Origin: Macrostomum lignano
Taxonomy: Eukaryota
DNA length: 64,000 nucleotides
Assembly (NCBI GenBank): GCA_002269645.1
Contig: NIVC01000012.1
Coordinates: forward strand, 124,001-188,000
Direction of reading: 5' to 3'
Below are positions 1-11,980 of the stretch, piece by piece (position 1 is the first letter of the stretch; every line of letters begins with the position of its first letter). The notes under the pieces were generated by a model, which was given only the letters and a program-made list of their open reading frames with translations, ran no database searches and was not told where the DNA came from. A program made the translations under genes and the position numbers.

Positions 1-149
1 GTTTTAACTTCATATAGCTTTGAATATAGCCTTAGATACACATAAAATGTTCAGTTTCCATGACAGCCTTAAAACCGAAAAAGTTGAACTGTCAGTAAAC
101 CAAGATTACAGTTTTTCTAAGCAACTACTAACAGTAAGCCCGCTCTCAC

Positions 150-3100
150 CGATGTGACGCTCTCCAAAATCAATGCGTACGCGAGGCCTTGTCCGAAACC
201 GAATATTGCTCCGCTGGTCAGAATCACCAGGCCAATTGAAACGGCTACAGTCAGACCGGTGAGACAGGTGCCCAGGCTGCGGGGTGATGAGCCGGTAGGT
301 GAGTATGCTCAACTAGTAAGCTACTTAGATTCGAAGGGGAGAACGCATAGCGCTGAATGGGGTTCCCCCATGGAAAAATTCGTTCGGGAAAAATCCGCAA
401 TAGAAAAATCTGATTTCTCGAGAGCAGGGGTCGGCTTTTACTTTTTTTAGGAGCCGGATAGAGAATGCAGCTCATGGCTGTGGGCCAGCGGAGTGGAGAC
501 AGAAGAGGGAATAAAGCAGAGAGAAGAGAGATTGGAGAAAGGAGAGAGGAGGCGAGAGGAGAGGAAAGGAGAGAGAAGAGAGGAGAGGCAAGGAGAGAAG
601 AGAGGCGAGGAGACAGGAGAGACGAGGAGAGAGGAGAGGCGAGGAGACAGGAGAGGCGAGGAGACAGGAGAGGCGAGGAGGGAGGAGAGGCGAGGAGGGA
701 GGAGAGGCGAGGAGACAGGAGAGGCGAGGAGACAGGAGAGGCGAGGAGGGAGGAGAGGCGAGGAGGGAGGAGAGGCGAGGAGACAGGAGAGGCGAGGAGA
801 CAGGAGAGGCGAGGAGACAGGAGAGGCGAGGAGGGAGGAGAGGCGAGGAGACAGGAGAGGCGAGGAGACAGGAGAGGCGAGGAGGGAGGAGAGGCGAGGA
901 GAGAGGAGAGGCGAGGAGGGAGGAGAGGCGAGGAGACAGGAGAGACGAGGAGGGAGGAGAGGCGAGGAGACAGGAGAGGCGAGGAGACAGGAGAGGCGAG
1001 GAGACAGGAGAGGCGAGGAGACAGGAGAGGCGAGGAGACAGGAGAGACGAGGAGGGAGGAGAGGCGAGGAGACAGGAGAGGCGAGGAGGGAGGAGAGGCG
1101 AGGAGACAGGAGAGGCGAGGAGACAGGAAAGACGAGGAGGGAGGAGAGGCGAGGAGGGAGGAGAGGCGAGGAGGGAGGTGAGGCGAGGAGACAGGAGAGG
1201 CGAGGAGGGAGGAGAGGCGAGGAGACAGGAGAGGCGAGGAGGGAGGAGAGGCGAGGAGACAGGAGAGGCGAGGAGACAGGAGAGGCGAGGAGACAGGAGA
1301 GGCGAGGAGACAGGAGAGACGAGGAGGGAGGAGAGGCGAGGAGGGAGGAAAGACGAGGAGGGAGGAGAGGCGAGGAGGGAGGAGAGGCGAGGAGGGAGGT
1401 GAGGCGAGGAGACAGGAGAGGCGAGGAGGGAGGAGAGGCGAGGAGACAGGAGAGGCGAGGAGGGAGGAGAGGCGAGGAGACAGGAGAGGCGAGGAGGGAG
1501 GAGAGGCGAGGAGACAGGAGAGGCGAGGAGACAGGAAAGACGAGGAGGGAGGAGAGGCGAGGAGGGAGGAGAGGCGAGGAGAGAGGAGAGGCGAGGAGGG
1601 AGGAGAGGCGAGGAGAGAGGAGAGGCGAGGAGAAAGGAGAGGCGAGGAGACAGGAGAGGCGAGGAGGGAGGAGAGGCGAGGAGACAGGAGAGGCGAGGAG
1701 ACAGGAAAGACGAGGAGGGAGGAGAGGCGAGGAGGGAGGAGAGGCGAGGAGACAGGAGAGGCGAGGAGACAGGAGAGGCGAGGAGGGAGGAGAGGCGAGG
1801 AGACAGGAGAGGCGAGGAGACAGGAGAGGCGAGGAGGGAGGAGAGGCGAGGAGACAGGAGAGGCGAGGAGACAGGAGAGGCGAGGAGGGAGGAGAGGCGA
1901 GGAGGGAGGAGAGGCGAGGAGACAGGAGAGGCGAGGAGACAGGAGAGGCGAGGAGACAGGAGAGGCGAGGAGACAGGAGAGGCGAGGAGACAGGAGAGAC
2001 GAGGAGGGAGGAGAGGCGAGGAGGGAGGAGAGGCGAGGAGGGAGGTGAGGCGAGGAGACAGGAGAGGCGAGGCGAGGAGGGAGGAGAGGCGAGGAGACAG
2101 GAGAGGCGAGGAGACAGGAGAGGCGAGGAGGGAGGAGAGGCGAGGAGAGAGGAGAGGCGAGGAGGGAGGAGAGGCGAGGAGGGAGGAGAGGCGAGGAGAG
2201 AGGAGAGGCGAGGAGGGAGGAGAGGCGAGGAGGGAGGAGAGGCGAGGAGAGAGGAGAGGCGAGGAGGGAGGAGAGGCGAGGAGAGAGGAGAGGCGAGGAG
2301 AAGGAGAGGCGAGGAGACAGGAGAGGCGAGGAGGGAGGAGAGGCGAGGAGAAGGAGAGGCGAGGAGAGGAGAGGCGAGGAGAGGAGAGGCGAGGAGGGAG
2401 GAGAGGCGAGGAGACAGGAGAGGCGAGGAGACAGGAGAGGCGAGGAGGGAGGAGAGGCGAGGAGGGAGAGGCGAGGAGGCGAGGAGGGAGGAGAGGCGAG
2501 GAGAGGAGAGGCGAGGAGGGAGGAGAGGCGAGGAGACAGGAGAGGCGAGGAGGGAGGAGAGGCGAGGAGAGAGGAGAGGCGAGGAGGAGGAGAGGCGAGG
2601 AGAGAGGAGAGGCGAGGAGAGAGGAGAGGCGAGGAGGGAGGAGAGGCGAGGAGAGAGGAGAGGCGAGGAGGGAGGAGAGGCGAGGAGGGAGGAGAGGCGA
2701 GGAGAGAGGAGAGGCGAGGAGAAAGGAGAGGCGAGGAGACAGGAGAGGCGAGGAGACAGGAGAGGCGAGGAGACAGGAGAGGCGAGGAGACAGGAGAGGC
2801 GAGGAGACAGGAGAGGCGAGGAGACAGGAGAGGCGAGGAGACAGGAGAGGCGAGGAGACAGGAGAGGCGAGGAGACAGGAGAGGCGAGGAGACAGGAGAG
2901 GCGAGGAGACAGGAGAGGCGAGGAGACAGGAGAGGCGAGGAGACAGGAGAGGCGAGGAGACAGGAGAGGCGAGGAGACAGGAGAGGCGAGGAGACAGGAG
3001 AGGCGAGGAGGGAGGAGAGGCGAGGAGGGAGAGACGAGGAGGGAGGAGAGGCGAGGAGGGAGGAGAGGCGAGGAGGGAGGAGAGGCGAGGAGGGAGGAGA

Positions 3101-4481
3101 GGCGAGGAGGGAGGAGAGGCGAGGAGACAGGAGAGGCGAGGAGGGAGGAGAGGCGAGGAGAGAGGAGAGGCGAGGAGGGAGGAGAGGCGAGGAGAGAGGA
3201 GAGGCGAGGAGGAGGAGAGGCGAGGAGGGAGGAGAGGCGAGGAGAGAGGAGAGGCGAGGAGGGAGAGAGGCGAGGAGGGAGGAGAGGCGAGGAGACAGGA
3301 GAGGCGAGGAGACAGGAGAGGCGAGGAGGGAGGAGAGGCGAGGAGACAGGAGAGGCGAGGAGACAGGAGAGGCGAGGAGGGAGGAGAGGCGAGGAGACAG
3401 GAGAGGCGAGGAGACAGGAGAGGCGAGGAGAGGAGAGGCGAGGAGACAGGAGAGGCGAGGAGACAGGAGAGGCGAGGAGACAGGAGAGGCGAGGAGGGAG
3501 GAGAGGCGAGGAGGGAGGAGAGGCGAGGAGACAGGAGAGTGAGGAGAGGAGAGGCGAGGAGGGAGGAGAGGCGAGGAGGGAGGAGAGGCGAGGAGACAGG
3601 AGAGGCGAGGAGACAGGAGAGGCGAGGAGACAGGAGAGGCGAGGAGAGAGGAGAGGCGAGGAGAGAGGAGAGGCGAGGAGGGAGGAGAGGCGAGGAGAGA
3701 GGAGAGGCGAGGAGGGAGGAGAGGCGAGGAGACAGGAGAGGCGAGGAGGGAGGAGAGGCGAGGAGAGAGGAGAGGCGAGGAGGGAGGAGAGGCGAGGAGA
3801 CAGGAGAGGCGAGGAGGGAGGAGAGGCGAGGAGACAGGAGAGGCGAGGAGGGAGGAGAGGCGAGGAGAGAGGAGAGGCGAGGAGGGAGGAGAGGCGAGGA
3901 GACAGGAGAGGCGAGGAGGGACAGGAGACAGGAGAGGCGAGGAGACAGGAGAGGCGAGGAGGCGAGGAGACAGGAGATGCGAGGAGACAGGAGAGGAGTA
4001 GCAGTAGAGACGCAGAGGACTCAAAGAGCCGTAGCGCACAAGCGCTCGCGAAAAACAGAGGAGGGAAGGCGCATGGCCTCGCTGGGAGTCAGGTACAGGA
4101 CGCGCAGATCGTATGTAAAAGTTTCAGTGAGGGTCATGGTGCCGGCTCGTCCTCGGCGAAATCCCTCCTGAGGTGCAGCATGCAACCCTGCATTTCAATC
4201 GAACCCCCCCCCCCCGCCTACCTGCTAATGAGGCAGCCGCAGGCGATGCTCCAACGCCTGTCGAACGGCAGTTGAGCGGTCAGGAAGCCGCTAGCGAGCA
4301 TGCCGAAGCCCTGAAACAGAGCGGCCACCACGAACACCCACACGACTGTGCCAGTGTTGAGCTTGGAGGCCGCTGCTGATCCGGGATGCGGATCACGGGC
4401 TGGAGTTCCATTGCTGTTGAGTTGATCAGCTTCTAACAGACGCGACACGATGTAGGGAGATAAGCCGCCTGGGGTAAACAT
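150..4481 (-). CDS. MFS transporter (oxalate:formate antiporter-like/MCT-like), partial; exons ~4481/4468-4222 and 276-150, continues beyond the window's left edge
   Basis: The GT donor at 4221 (phase 2) and AG acceptor at 278-277 join in frame: GGLSPYIVSRL...TVVWVFVVAALFQGFGMLASGFLTAQLPFDRRWSIACGCLISS|LGTCLTGLTVAVSIGLVILTSGAIFGFGQGLAYALILESVTS. This gives consecutive MFS N-domain helices including G.G.G.AY. The next donor is GTGAGA at 149. A further upstream exon is possible (acceptor TTTACCCCAG near 4470). Confidence 0.8.
500..3990 (+). repeat. ~3.5-kb purine-rich 17-bp minisatellite (GAGGCGAGGAG-ACA/GGA/AGA-GGA) inside the MFS intron
   Basis: Tandem GAGGCGAGGAGACAGGA, GAGGCGAGGAGGGAGGA and GAGGCGAGGAGAGAGGA variants are read directly. 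T is almost absent, which explains the stop-free ORFs. Confidence 0.97.
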
Positions 4482-4649
4482 GGAGTAAATTTGAAATTTT
4501 GAAAAAGTTGAACTTATTTAACTTTTAACTTAAAAAGAACGCCAAAAAAACTTGCGCTAAAAAGTGGCGCATAAATACACGTGAAGTGAGTTCATCTCGC
4601 GCTTCAATTTAACGGATTTATGATAAAATTAATTTACCTTAAATTTGAG

Positions 4650-5490
4650 AAAAAATGGCGCCAAAATAAACACACATAGAGTTTAACTATTGCAAGATAT
4701 TGGCGCCAAAATAAACACACATAGAGTTTAACTATTGCAAGATATTGGCGCCAAAATAAACACACATAGAGTTTAACTATTGCAAGATATTGGCGCCAAA
4801 ATAAACACACATAGAGTTTAACTATTGCAAGATATTGGCGCCAAAATAAACACACATAGAGTTTAACTATTGCAAGATTTTGGCGCCAAAATAAACACAC
4901 ATAGAGTTTAACTTTGCCAAGATATTGGCGCCAAAATAAACACATAGAGTTTAACTATAGTAAGATATTGGCGCCAAAATAAACACACATAGAGTTTAAC
5001 TATAGTAAGATATTGGCGCCAGAATAAACACACTTAGAGTCTAACTACGGTAAGATATTGGCGCCAAAATAAACACACATAGAGTTTAACTTTGCCAAGA
5101 TATTGGCGCCAAAATAAACACACATAGAGTTTAACTATTGCAAGATATTGGCGCCAGAATAAACACACTTAGAGTCTAACTACGGTAAGATATTGGCGCC
5201 AAAATAAACACACATAGAGTTTAACTATAGTAAGATTTTGGCGCCAAAATAAACCCACATAGAGTTTAACTTTGCCAAGATATTGGCGCCAAAATAAACA
5301 CACATAGAGTTTAACTATTGCAAGATATTGGCGCCAAAATAAACACACATAGAGCTTAACTATTGCAAGATATTGGCGCCAAAATAAACACACATAGAGT
5401 TTAACTATTGCAAGATATTGGCGCCAAAATAAACACACATAGAGTTTAACTTTGGTAAGATAATGGCGCCAAAATAAACGCACATAGAGT
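4650..5490 (+). repeat. 45-bp minisatellite with palindromic TTGGCGCCAA core
   Basis: Unit TGGCGCCAAAATAAACACACATAGAGTTTAACTATTGCAAGATAT, about 18 copies; the ORFs over it have a 15-aa periodicity. Confidence 0.95.
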
Positions 5491-5544
5491 CACTCACCCA
5501 AACAGTAGTTGGTACCCAATGTTAGCATAACTGCAGCCCCAGAA

Positions 5545-5558
5545 GTTGCCACGACAAC
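5545..5558. promoter_or_regulatory. Candidate RFX X-box
   Basis: GTTGCCACGACAAC resembles the X-box consensus GTTGCCATGGCAAC. It lies between the divergently oriented MFS and phosphatase genes. Confidence 0.35.
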
Positions 5559-6599
5559 AAACCGCTGTTTATCGTTCAATAAGTCCATTGTTCTTTTCTG
5601 CATTTTGTTTATAAGATTTCAGCAAAATTTTAAATGAATCATGTTTGCATGAGCAAACGCATAATCAAGATTCGTTATGTGTAATAAAGAAATTTTTTTC
5701 TTTTCCTCTTTTCTTGTGCTGACTTTGTCTTCTTATTTTATAAGATTTCAAGTTTGCTCAGGGTTCTCGCCTCACATTTTTCGCTGCGAGTAGTTCTCTG
5801 TCTTCCTTTTCTCCTTCTACCCCTGTTCACTCCAACCCCAATACCGTACAATCCATATTTGATTTAGTCCTGTATATTGTACTCACTCTGTCGTACATTG
5901 TTATTCTTTACTCAGAGCATGAAGAACCGATCGCAAATAAATCGATATTTACATACAGTGTGTTGATAGTTAAATGTGTACAGCTGCCCTTTAAGTACAT
6001 TTCATACTTGCCTTGCATTTAGCTCTACTATTTCTTATCCATATGAAGTGTTTTTTGCTTAAATTAGCTTGTAAGATTTCAGAAAAACCTTGCAATGCAT
6101 ACTACTATGCATTTTGAATTGTAAAGGTTGGTTGTTGAAACACTTTATTGGCTTCTAGTAAAGGATGAAAGATTTCAGATAAAGTATTGAAAATGTAAGA
6201 TCGTCTTCTAGTAGACTATAAGTTGGATTGTCTGGTAGATAGCGGTTTGTTAGATCTAATAAATTTCTGTTACTCATTGATGCTTTCTTCCACATCAATT
6301 TTTTTTCTACCTTCAAGATTTTTAACATTTTTCATTCCAGTCTGTTCAGGGCGGTATTCCAGTCAATTCTGCGGCTTTTTTTCAGCTTTATACATAATTG
6401 AGTTAAAAATAGATTATCATTAAGTCAAGGAAGTTAATGGAGGGGTTTATATGGAATAATTATAGTGTCGTAAACAGCTTTCTCTGCCGCTTGAATTCCC
6501 ACCGGATGGAATTTCCCTACGCATTTGGATGCAGCTGTGCAACTGACCCGCATATTAAAATATCTTGTGACTTTCATCCTAGACAACTGTGAAGAGATT

Positions 6600-6830
<231 letters not shown>

Positions 6831-7514
6831 CACAGTATTTTACTTTTCAGTTATGAATAGGATTTTGCAAGATCCACCCGGTAATCAGCCGGCCGTAAAT
6901 TACTGCTTACAGACTTTTGCTTTCGACTAAACAGTGCATGTACTTGTACAGAGGCAAACTATAATAATACCTCAGGGAAATGATGGCTACAGATATTGCG
7001 TCAGATTCTTGCTAGGATAAAAGTCTACGCAAGCTATTTATAGACCTAACTTGATTGTAATCAGTCGGGTGGCGCACTATCAATTAGTCTATAGTCTATG
7101 GCAAATGTCCGTGCACTTATTGGTTAGTAAAGTCCTTACAAGCATGTTACTTATTAAATGAAAACTGGTGTCCAAACTACATCCCCGCTGACTTCCGTTA
7201 TTGTGTGTCATAAATTATATCAAATTATCGATCGACTGAACTGTCTTCTCTTGGATCATCGTCGGATCAACGCACTGTGACAGTCACAAACAGTCGGGAG
7301 GTGCTTTGGTAAGTTAATTTGATTGGTTTAATTTAAGCATGACAATAAAGACAGTACAGTAAATAGCTAACACACACGGGTTAAACGGAGTTGTCCAAAC
7401 AAAAAAGTTCTTTTCTGATTGAAATGAAGTTTCAATTGTAGGGAATCGAATGTTTTGCCAACGGCAGCAGGAGCTGAAGACGACAAAAAACTCATTCCTT
7501 CAAATGCATTTAAT

Positions 7515-7765
7515 AGGTGCCTTGAAATGGGATGAGGGTTGCCTTGAAATGGGATGAGGGTTGCCTTGAAATGGACTGAGGGTTGCCTTGAAATGGGATG
7601 AGGGTTGCCTTGAAATGGGCTGAGAGTTGCCTTGAAATTGACTGAGGGTTGCCTTGAAATGGGCTGAGGGTTGCCTTGAAATAGACTGAGGGTTGCCTTG
7701 AAATTGACTGAGGGTTGCCTTGAAATGGGCTGAGAGTTGCCTTGAAATAGACTGAGGGTTGCCTT
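7515..7765 (+). repeat. 22-bp minisatellite (TGAGGGTTGCCTTGAAATGGGA-type)
   Basis: About 11 tandem copies are visible. Confidence 0.93.
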
Positions 7766-8221
7766 GTTGGATTGTGGTCGTATGGATGAAAAAAAGAACT
7801 TGACGTGCGTCAAAGAAACAAATTAAAAGTGCTTCGTCAGTGTCCGAGATTCTGATGTTTGACGAGGATATCGTGCTTAGTTAGTTCAATTTTAAGGTCA
7901 GCCTTAATAGTAAGCTATAAACTCAGTCCTGCTTCTGTGTTGATGCGAGCAACCAGTGGGTGGATAATAGCAATGATTGGACCATTTTTAATAATTATCT
8001 GTGATCACAGGCCAAAATCCCTGCTAGAAACAAGCCCGCTAGAACCGCCTCCAGCTGACTAATTGCAAAATATTTTTTGCCAAATTTCGCAGAGGCGATG
8101 CCCAGGTGCGCGGACGGTGACAATCCGGTGGCCAAAATCAAGGTAGCCCGTTGGCAATTTTGAGACGTTGGCAAGTGACCAACCGACCGACAATTGCTGA
8201 ACAGGCAGAGCCCAGCGCCGT

Positions 8222-9682
8222 ATGTCAGCCTCCAGGAAGCGGACTGATTCGTCCAGCTCGTCTTCATCGTCATCAACTTTCGACGAAAGCGAAGACGACT
8301 CAGATGAGGACGTCCTCGAGAGACGGGCGATCAGAGAGTTTGACAGCAAGGCTGATCAAGCAGCGTCTGCTCTGCTGTACGCGGCTGAGCTGCCCAGGAT
8401 AAATAATTCAGCCGCAAGGAACAAACCAGCAGCGGCAGCTACGGTGCTCGAATACACCGAGGCGTTGAATCTGTTCAACAGGCTGCACATGTGCGGCCTG
8501 CAGCAACGCGCCCTGCCATCGGAGTTCAACCCGACCCTAATCACCAGCATTCTCAACACTGTGAAGCCGCTATTCTGTTCTGACGCCAGCTGTCTGCAGC
8601 TCTCCAGTCCCGTGGTGCTGTTCGGAGACATCCACGGCGAATTCCAGCAGCTGGCGAAGCTGACGGACATCCTGGGCCGTCCGCCCGGTCGGTCCTACCT
8701 GTACCTCGGCGACTACGTCGACCGGGGACCCCAGTCGCTCGAGACGCTGCTCTACCTCATGCTGATGAAGATTCTGCACCCGACCACAACATTTGTGCTG
8801 CGCGGCAATCACGAGGATCGGCGAGTTTATCGGCATTTTAATTTTGAAAACGACTTAATGCGAATATTTGGCACATCGCAGGGCCAGTCGTTGAGCGGCC
8901 TGTTTGCCACCGTGCTGGCCTACATGCCCCTGTGCGCCATCATCAACGGCGAAGTATTCTGCTGCCACGGTGGCCTGTCGCCGCACTTCAATCATAATCG
9001 GTTCGCCAGCTGTCAGAAGGCTCTAGTAGAGCGTATTAACACTTTGTCAAAGCCCGTGCTGTTTCGCCGACACGACTTCGTTGCTGACTTGCTTTGGTCG
9101 GACCCGCTGGACCTGTCGGACTATCAGATGCCCAATCTGCGCGCCCTGGCCCGAACAGTTGACGAGTGGTGCGACCAGCGGATCCGGGTGATCGAATCTC
9201 AGTTTGGCAAGGCCGGCAGCGTGAGTCGAGCTCGATCGCAAACCAGTCGAGTATCGAACCATTCCACCATGGCCCTGGCCAACTCGGAAAACTCCAAAGA
9301 GCCCATAGCAACGGTGGTCGATTGGCTGCCAAATCCTCGAGGCATTTCCTACGTGTTCAGCCGGTCGGCGCTGAACGAATTTATGAAACGCTACAAAATC
9401 AACTGGATGGTCCGCGGTCACATGTTCGTGTCGAACGGATTCAATGAAAGCCTGGGTGGTCGCTGTATGACCCTGTTCTCGGCGGCTGATTACGCTCAGA
9501 AGTATCACAACACGGCCGCCGTGCTGGTGATCGAAGGCACCACGTCCAGTTCGAGCAGAGAGTTCCCCGGTCGAATAATTCAATACACAAAAAACTCTCT
9601 GATGGGCTTTGGCGGCTCTCTGCCGGTTGAGACCAATCGATGGCCGAGGGAAATCGCCAATCGAGCGAGGGTCAACTACTAA
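8222..9682 (+). CDS. Ser/Thr protein phosphatase, PPP family (divergent PP1-like), intronless, 486 aa
   Basis: All PPP signature motifs occur in order: GDIHG, GDYVDRG, LRGNHE, CHGG, LWSDP, NPRG, RGH and TLFSAADY (SAPNY equivalent). The N-terminal extension is acidic and Ser-rich. Confidence 0.95.
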   Translation: MSASRKRTDSSSSSSSSSTFDESEDDSDEDVLERRAIREFDSKADQAASALLYAAELPRINNSAARNKPAAAATVLEYTEALNLFNRLHMCGLQQRALPSEFNPTLITSILNTVKPLFCSDASCLQLSSPVVLFGDIHGEFQQLAKLTDILGRPPGRSYLYLGDYVDRGPQSLETLLYLMLMKILHPTTTFVLRGNHEDRRVYRHFNFENDLMRIFGTSQGQSLSGLFATVLAYMPLCAIINGEVFCCHGGLSPHFNHNRFASCQKALVERINTLSKPVLFRRHDFVADLLWSDPLDLSDYQMPNLRALARTVDEWCDQRIRVIESQFGKAGSVSRARSQTSRVSNHSTMALANSENSKEPIATVVDWLPNPRGISYVFSRSALNEFMKRYKINWMVRGHMFVSNGFNESLGGRCMTLFSAADYAQKYHNTAAVLVIEGTTSSSSREFPGRIIQYTKNSLMGFGGSLPVETNRWPREIANRARVNY

Positions 9683-9944
9683 ATTTGTAGCCTCCAAACC
9701 TGTCAATTAGAGGTTTGGCTCGCATCTTTTAGTTGTTTCTCTATCCTGGCTTGTCTAAACTTTTTAAGTTAGTTTTTATTTTCAGAATTATATTATCCGT
9801 TCAGACACAAAAAGACTGTATGACGTTTCAGCAAGATACACAAACTGTGTAAATAAATACAGCCAATTGGACTTTCTGCTTTCGGACTTTTGTTTGACAA
9901 AACAATCTGTAGTGGCGTCTTGAGGTGCGTGTTGGTTGGGGCGG

Positions 9945-10275
9945 ACTGAAGTGCATCTGTAGGGGTTTCTTAAAGTACATCTGTAGGGGTGTCCTTAAGT
10001 GCATCTGTAGGGGTGTCTTAAAGTACATCTGTAGGGGTGTCTTAAAGTACATCTGTAGGGGTGTCTTGAAGTGCAATTGTAAGGGTGTCTTGAAGTGCAT
10101 CTGTAGGGGTGTCCCTAAGTGCATCTGTAGGGGTGTCTTAAAGTACATCTGTAGGGGTGTCTTAAAGTACATCTGTAGGGGTGTCTTAAAGTACATCTGT
10201 AGGGGTGTCTTAAAGTACATCTGTAGGGGTGTCTTGAAGTGCATCTGTAGGGGTGTCTTGAAGTGCATCTGTAGG
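9945..10275 (+). repeat. 24-bp minisatellite (AAGTACATCTGTAGGGGTGTCTTA)
   Basis: About 14 copies with 8-aa periodicity in the overlapping ORFs. Confidence 0.95.
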
Positions 10276-10710
10276 CTAGCAATCTTTGCCAGCCGTTGGG
10301 GACTGTTAATCTCTTAAAAAATGATGTTTTAAGCAATAAAAGAACCTGCCCCGATAGCCAGCTATCTAGCCTAAGATATGAGATCCGCTATGAGCTTTGG
10401 CTCAAAGCGCCTGAGCAACCCCAACCCCCATAAGCCACAGGATTTCAGTAATACCTTCACAAGCCTTGCATCTTAACAATTGCCGTTTTAGTCTATCTTG
10501 GCTTTACGAGTATTAACGGCCAGTCCCAGCCTTTGGTTCCATGGTAGGGATTTCAGTACTTGGGCTTGAAGCTGATTGGCTGCCCTAGCTCGTACTGTGG
10601 CACGCAACCACAGCGCTCGCAGCATAAAATGGGGTGGTTGGTTAAATGATTCTCAGTGCAGCGGCAACCAATCAGATTCAAGCAGTTCCGAGAAACAGAG
10701 AAGCGATGCC

Positions 10711-10714
<4 letters not shown>

Positions 10715-10783
<69 letters not shown>
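10715..10783 (+). repeat. (GA)n microsatellite
   Basis: Perfect dinucleotide run. Confidence 0.98.
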
Positions 10784-10787
<4 letters not shown>

Positions 10788-11276
10788 CAGTAGCGAACCT
10801 TCAAGCATCCCACAGCTGAAGCAATTATTGTTAAGTGGTAGCGCAGTCCTGATAGGATAAGCAAGGTAAAGCAAGCCATCTTCAAGCAGAATAACAAGCG
10901 CTGCATGTTTTTTCTATATATTAGACGCAGGTGTTCAAGAAAAAAATTACAAACTACCCTAGGAAAAATTCTTCAATTAAGAAACGGAAAATTGGCTGTG
11001 GATCTGGCAATTTTGTCCCAAGCTGTTTTCTTGCAGTACGCGAGCTGGCAGGCATGGAGTTTTCGTCACTAGCAATAATTGGCAATTCAAATCACAGCAC
11101 AGATTCAGTTGCAATGTAATTAAACTGATCTAAAATTAGGCAAAGATTTCTGCAACATCGTTCCACAGCTATAGCGCTGAGCCAGTTCTGCTCATTCCGC
11201 AGAATCCTGAGCACATGCAAGCGCCATATACTGTACGCACTCCTAGAAAGTTCCAATCCAGAATTAAGATGCACCC

Positions 11277-11980
11277 TGTCACAGTTTATATAGACAATAA
11301 GCCGTTTACGCTAGGTAGAGAGTGAAGTTCACTTCCTGTTTAGGTGCAGTTGGAATTTTTTGTGCTCCCCTTGATAACTGGTCCTGAGGGCACTGGTGGT
11401 GGCCTGAGCTAGTCACACGACAAGTCTTGCTTTCCTGGAGTCCAAAGTGCAGTAATGTTTACTGCAATGGTTGGCCCGTGTTTATGGGAGAATCTCGTGC
11501 CCCGAGACCCCTGCCTTCTCTAAGGCGGGAGGTGACGTCAGTTCTAAAAATAGACACTGAATCACGCGGTCTGGCGCACTCTGCCCGAGGACCCCTGCTT
11601 TCTCGGAGGCTGGAGGTGACGTCAGTTCTAAAAATAGAACTGAGTCATGCGGTCTAGCGCAGAATGGCGCAATGGGGATTCTCAGCCTATATAAGTACGG
11701 GCCCTTTTGCCCTTGTTTCCGTCAAGAAATCCTACTAGTTTCCTAGTTGTTCAGTTGACTTGGTGCTAGCGCTGGTGGCAGCGGTGTGGGATGTACTGAG
11801 GACCTACAAAACCACCTCGAGACAACCCTCTATACTTCGAAACATTTTACTGAAGAGGATAAATTATTTTACGTTATCACTCAAGAAGATGGTGACAAAA
11901 TGGAACTCCTAGCAAAATGCATCAAAGACATTTTGCTAGGAGAGAATGCAACTGACCTGAATTCAATTTATTCAAAATAA
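11277..11980 (+). mobile_element. Possible 5' end of an LTR retrotransposon (LTR-like promoter plus tRNA-Leu PBS-like site), truncated
   Basis: TGGTGGCAGCGGTGTGGGAT at ~11773 matches the complement of a tRNA-Leu 3' end (TGGTGGCAGCGGTGGGAT) with a 2-nt insertion. An enhancer duplication and TATA lie upstream, and TGTCAC at 11277 is a possible LTR start. There is no canonical CA end and no second LTR. Confidence 0.35.
11523..11695 (+). promoter_or_regulatory. Duplicated CRE + MEF2 + AP-1 module followed by a TATA box
   Basis: TGACGTCA at 11533 and 11617; CTAAAAATAG at 11544 and 11628; TGAATCA at ~11558 and TGAGTCA at 11641; GGCGGG at 11524; TATATAAG at 11688. Confidence 0.65.

Noticed and set aside
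251-4275. ORFs of 700-1260 aa rich in Arg/Glu/Gly or Ser/Pro/Leu
   Set aside because: They are stop-free readings of the T-less 17-bp minisatellite, open in several frames, and lie inside an intron whose flanking exons join in frame.
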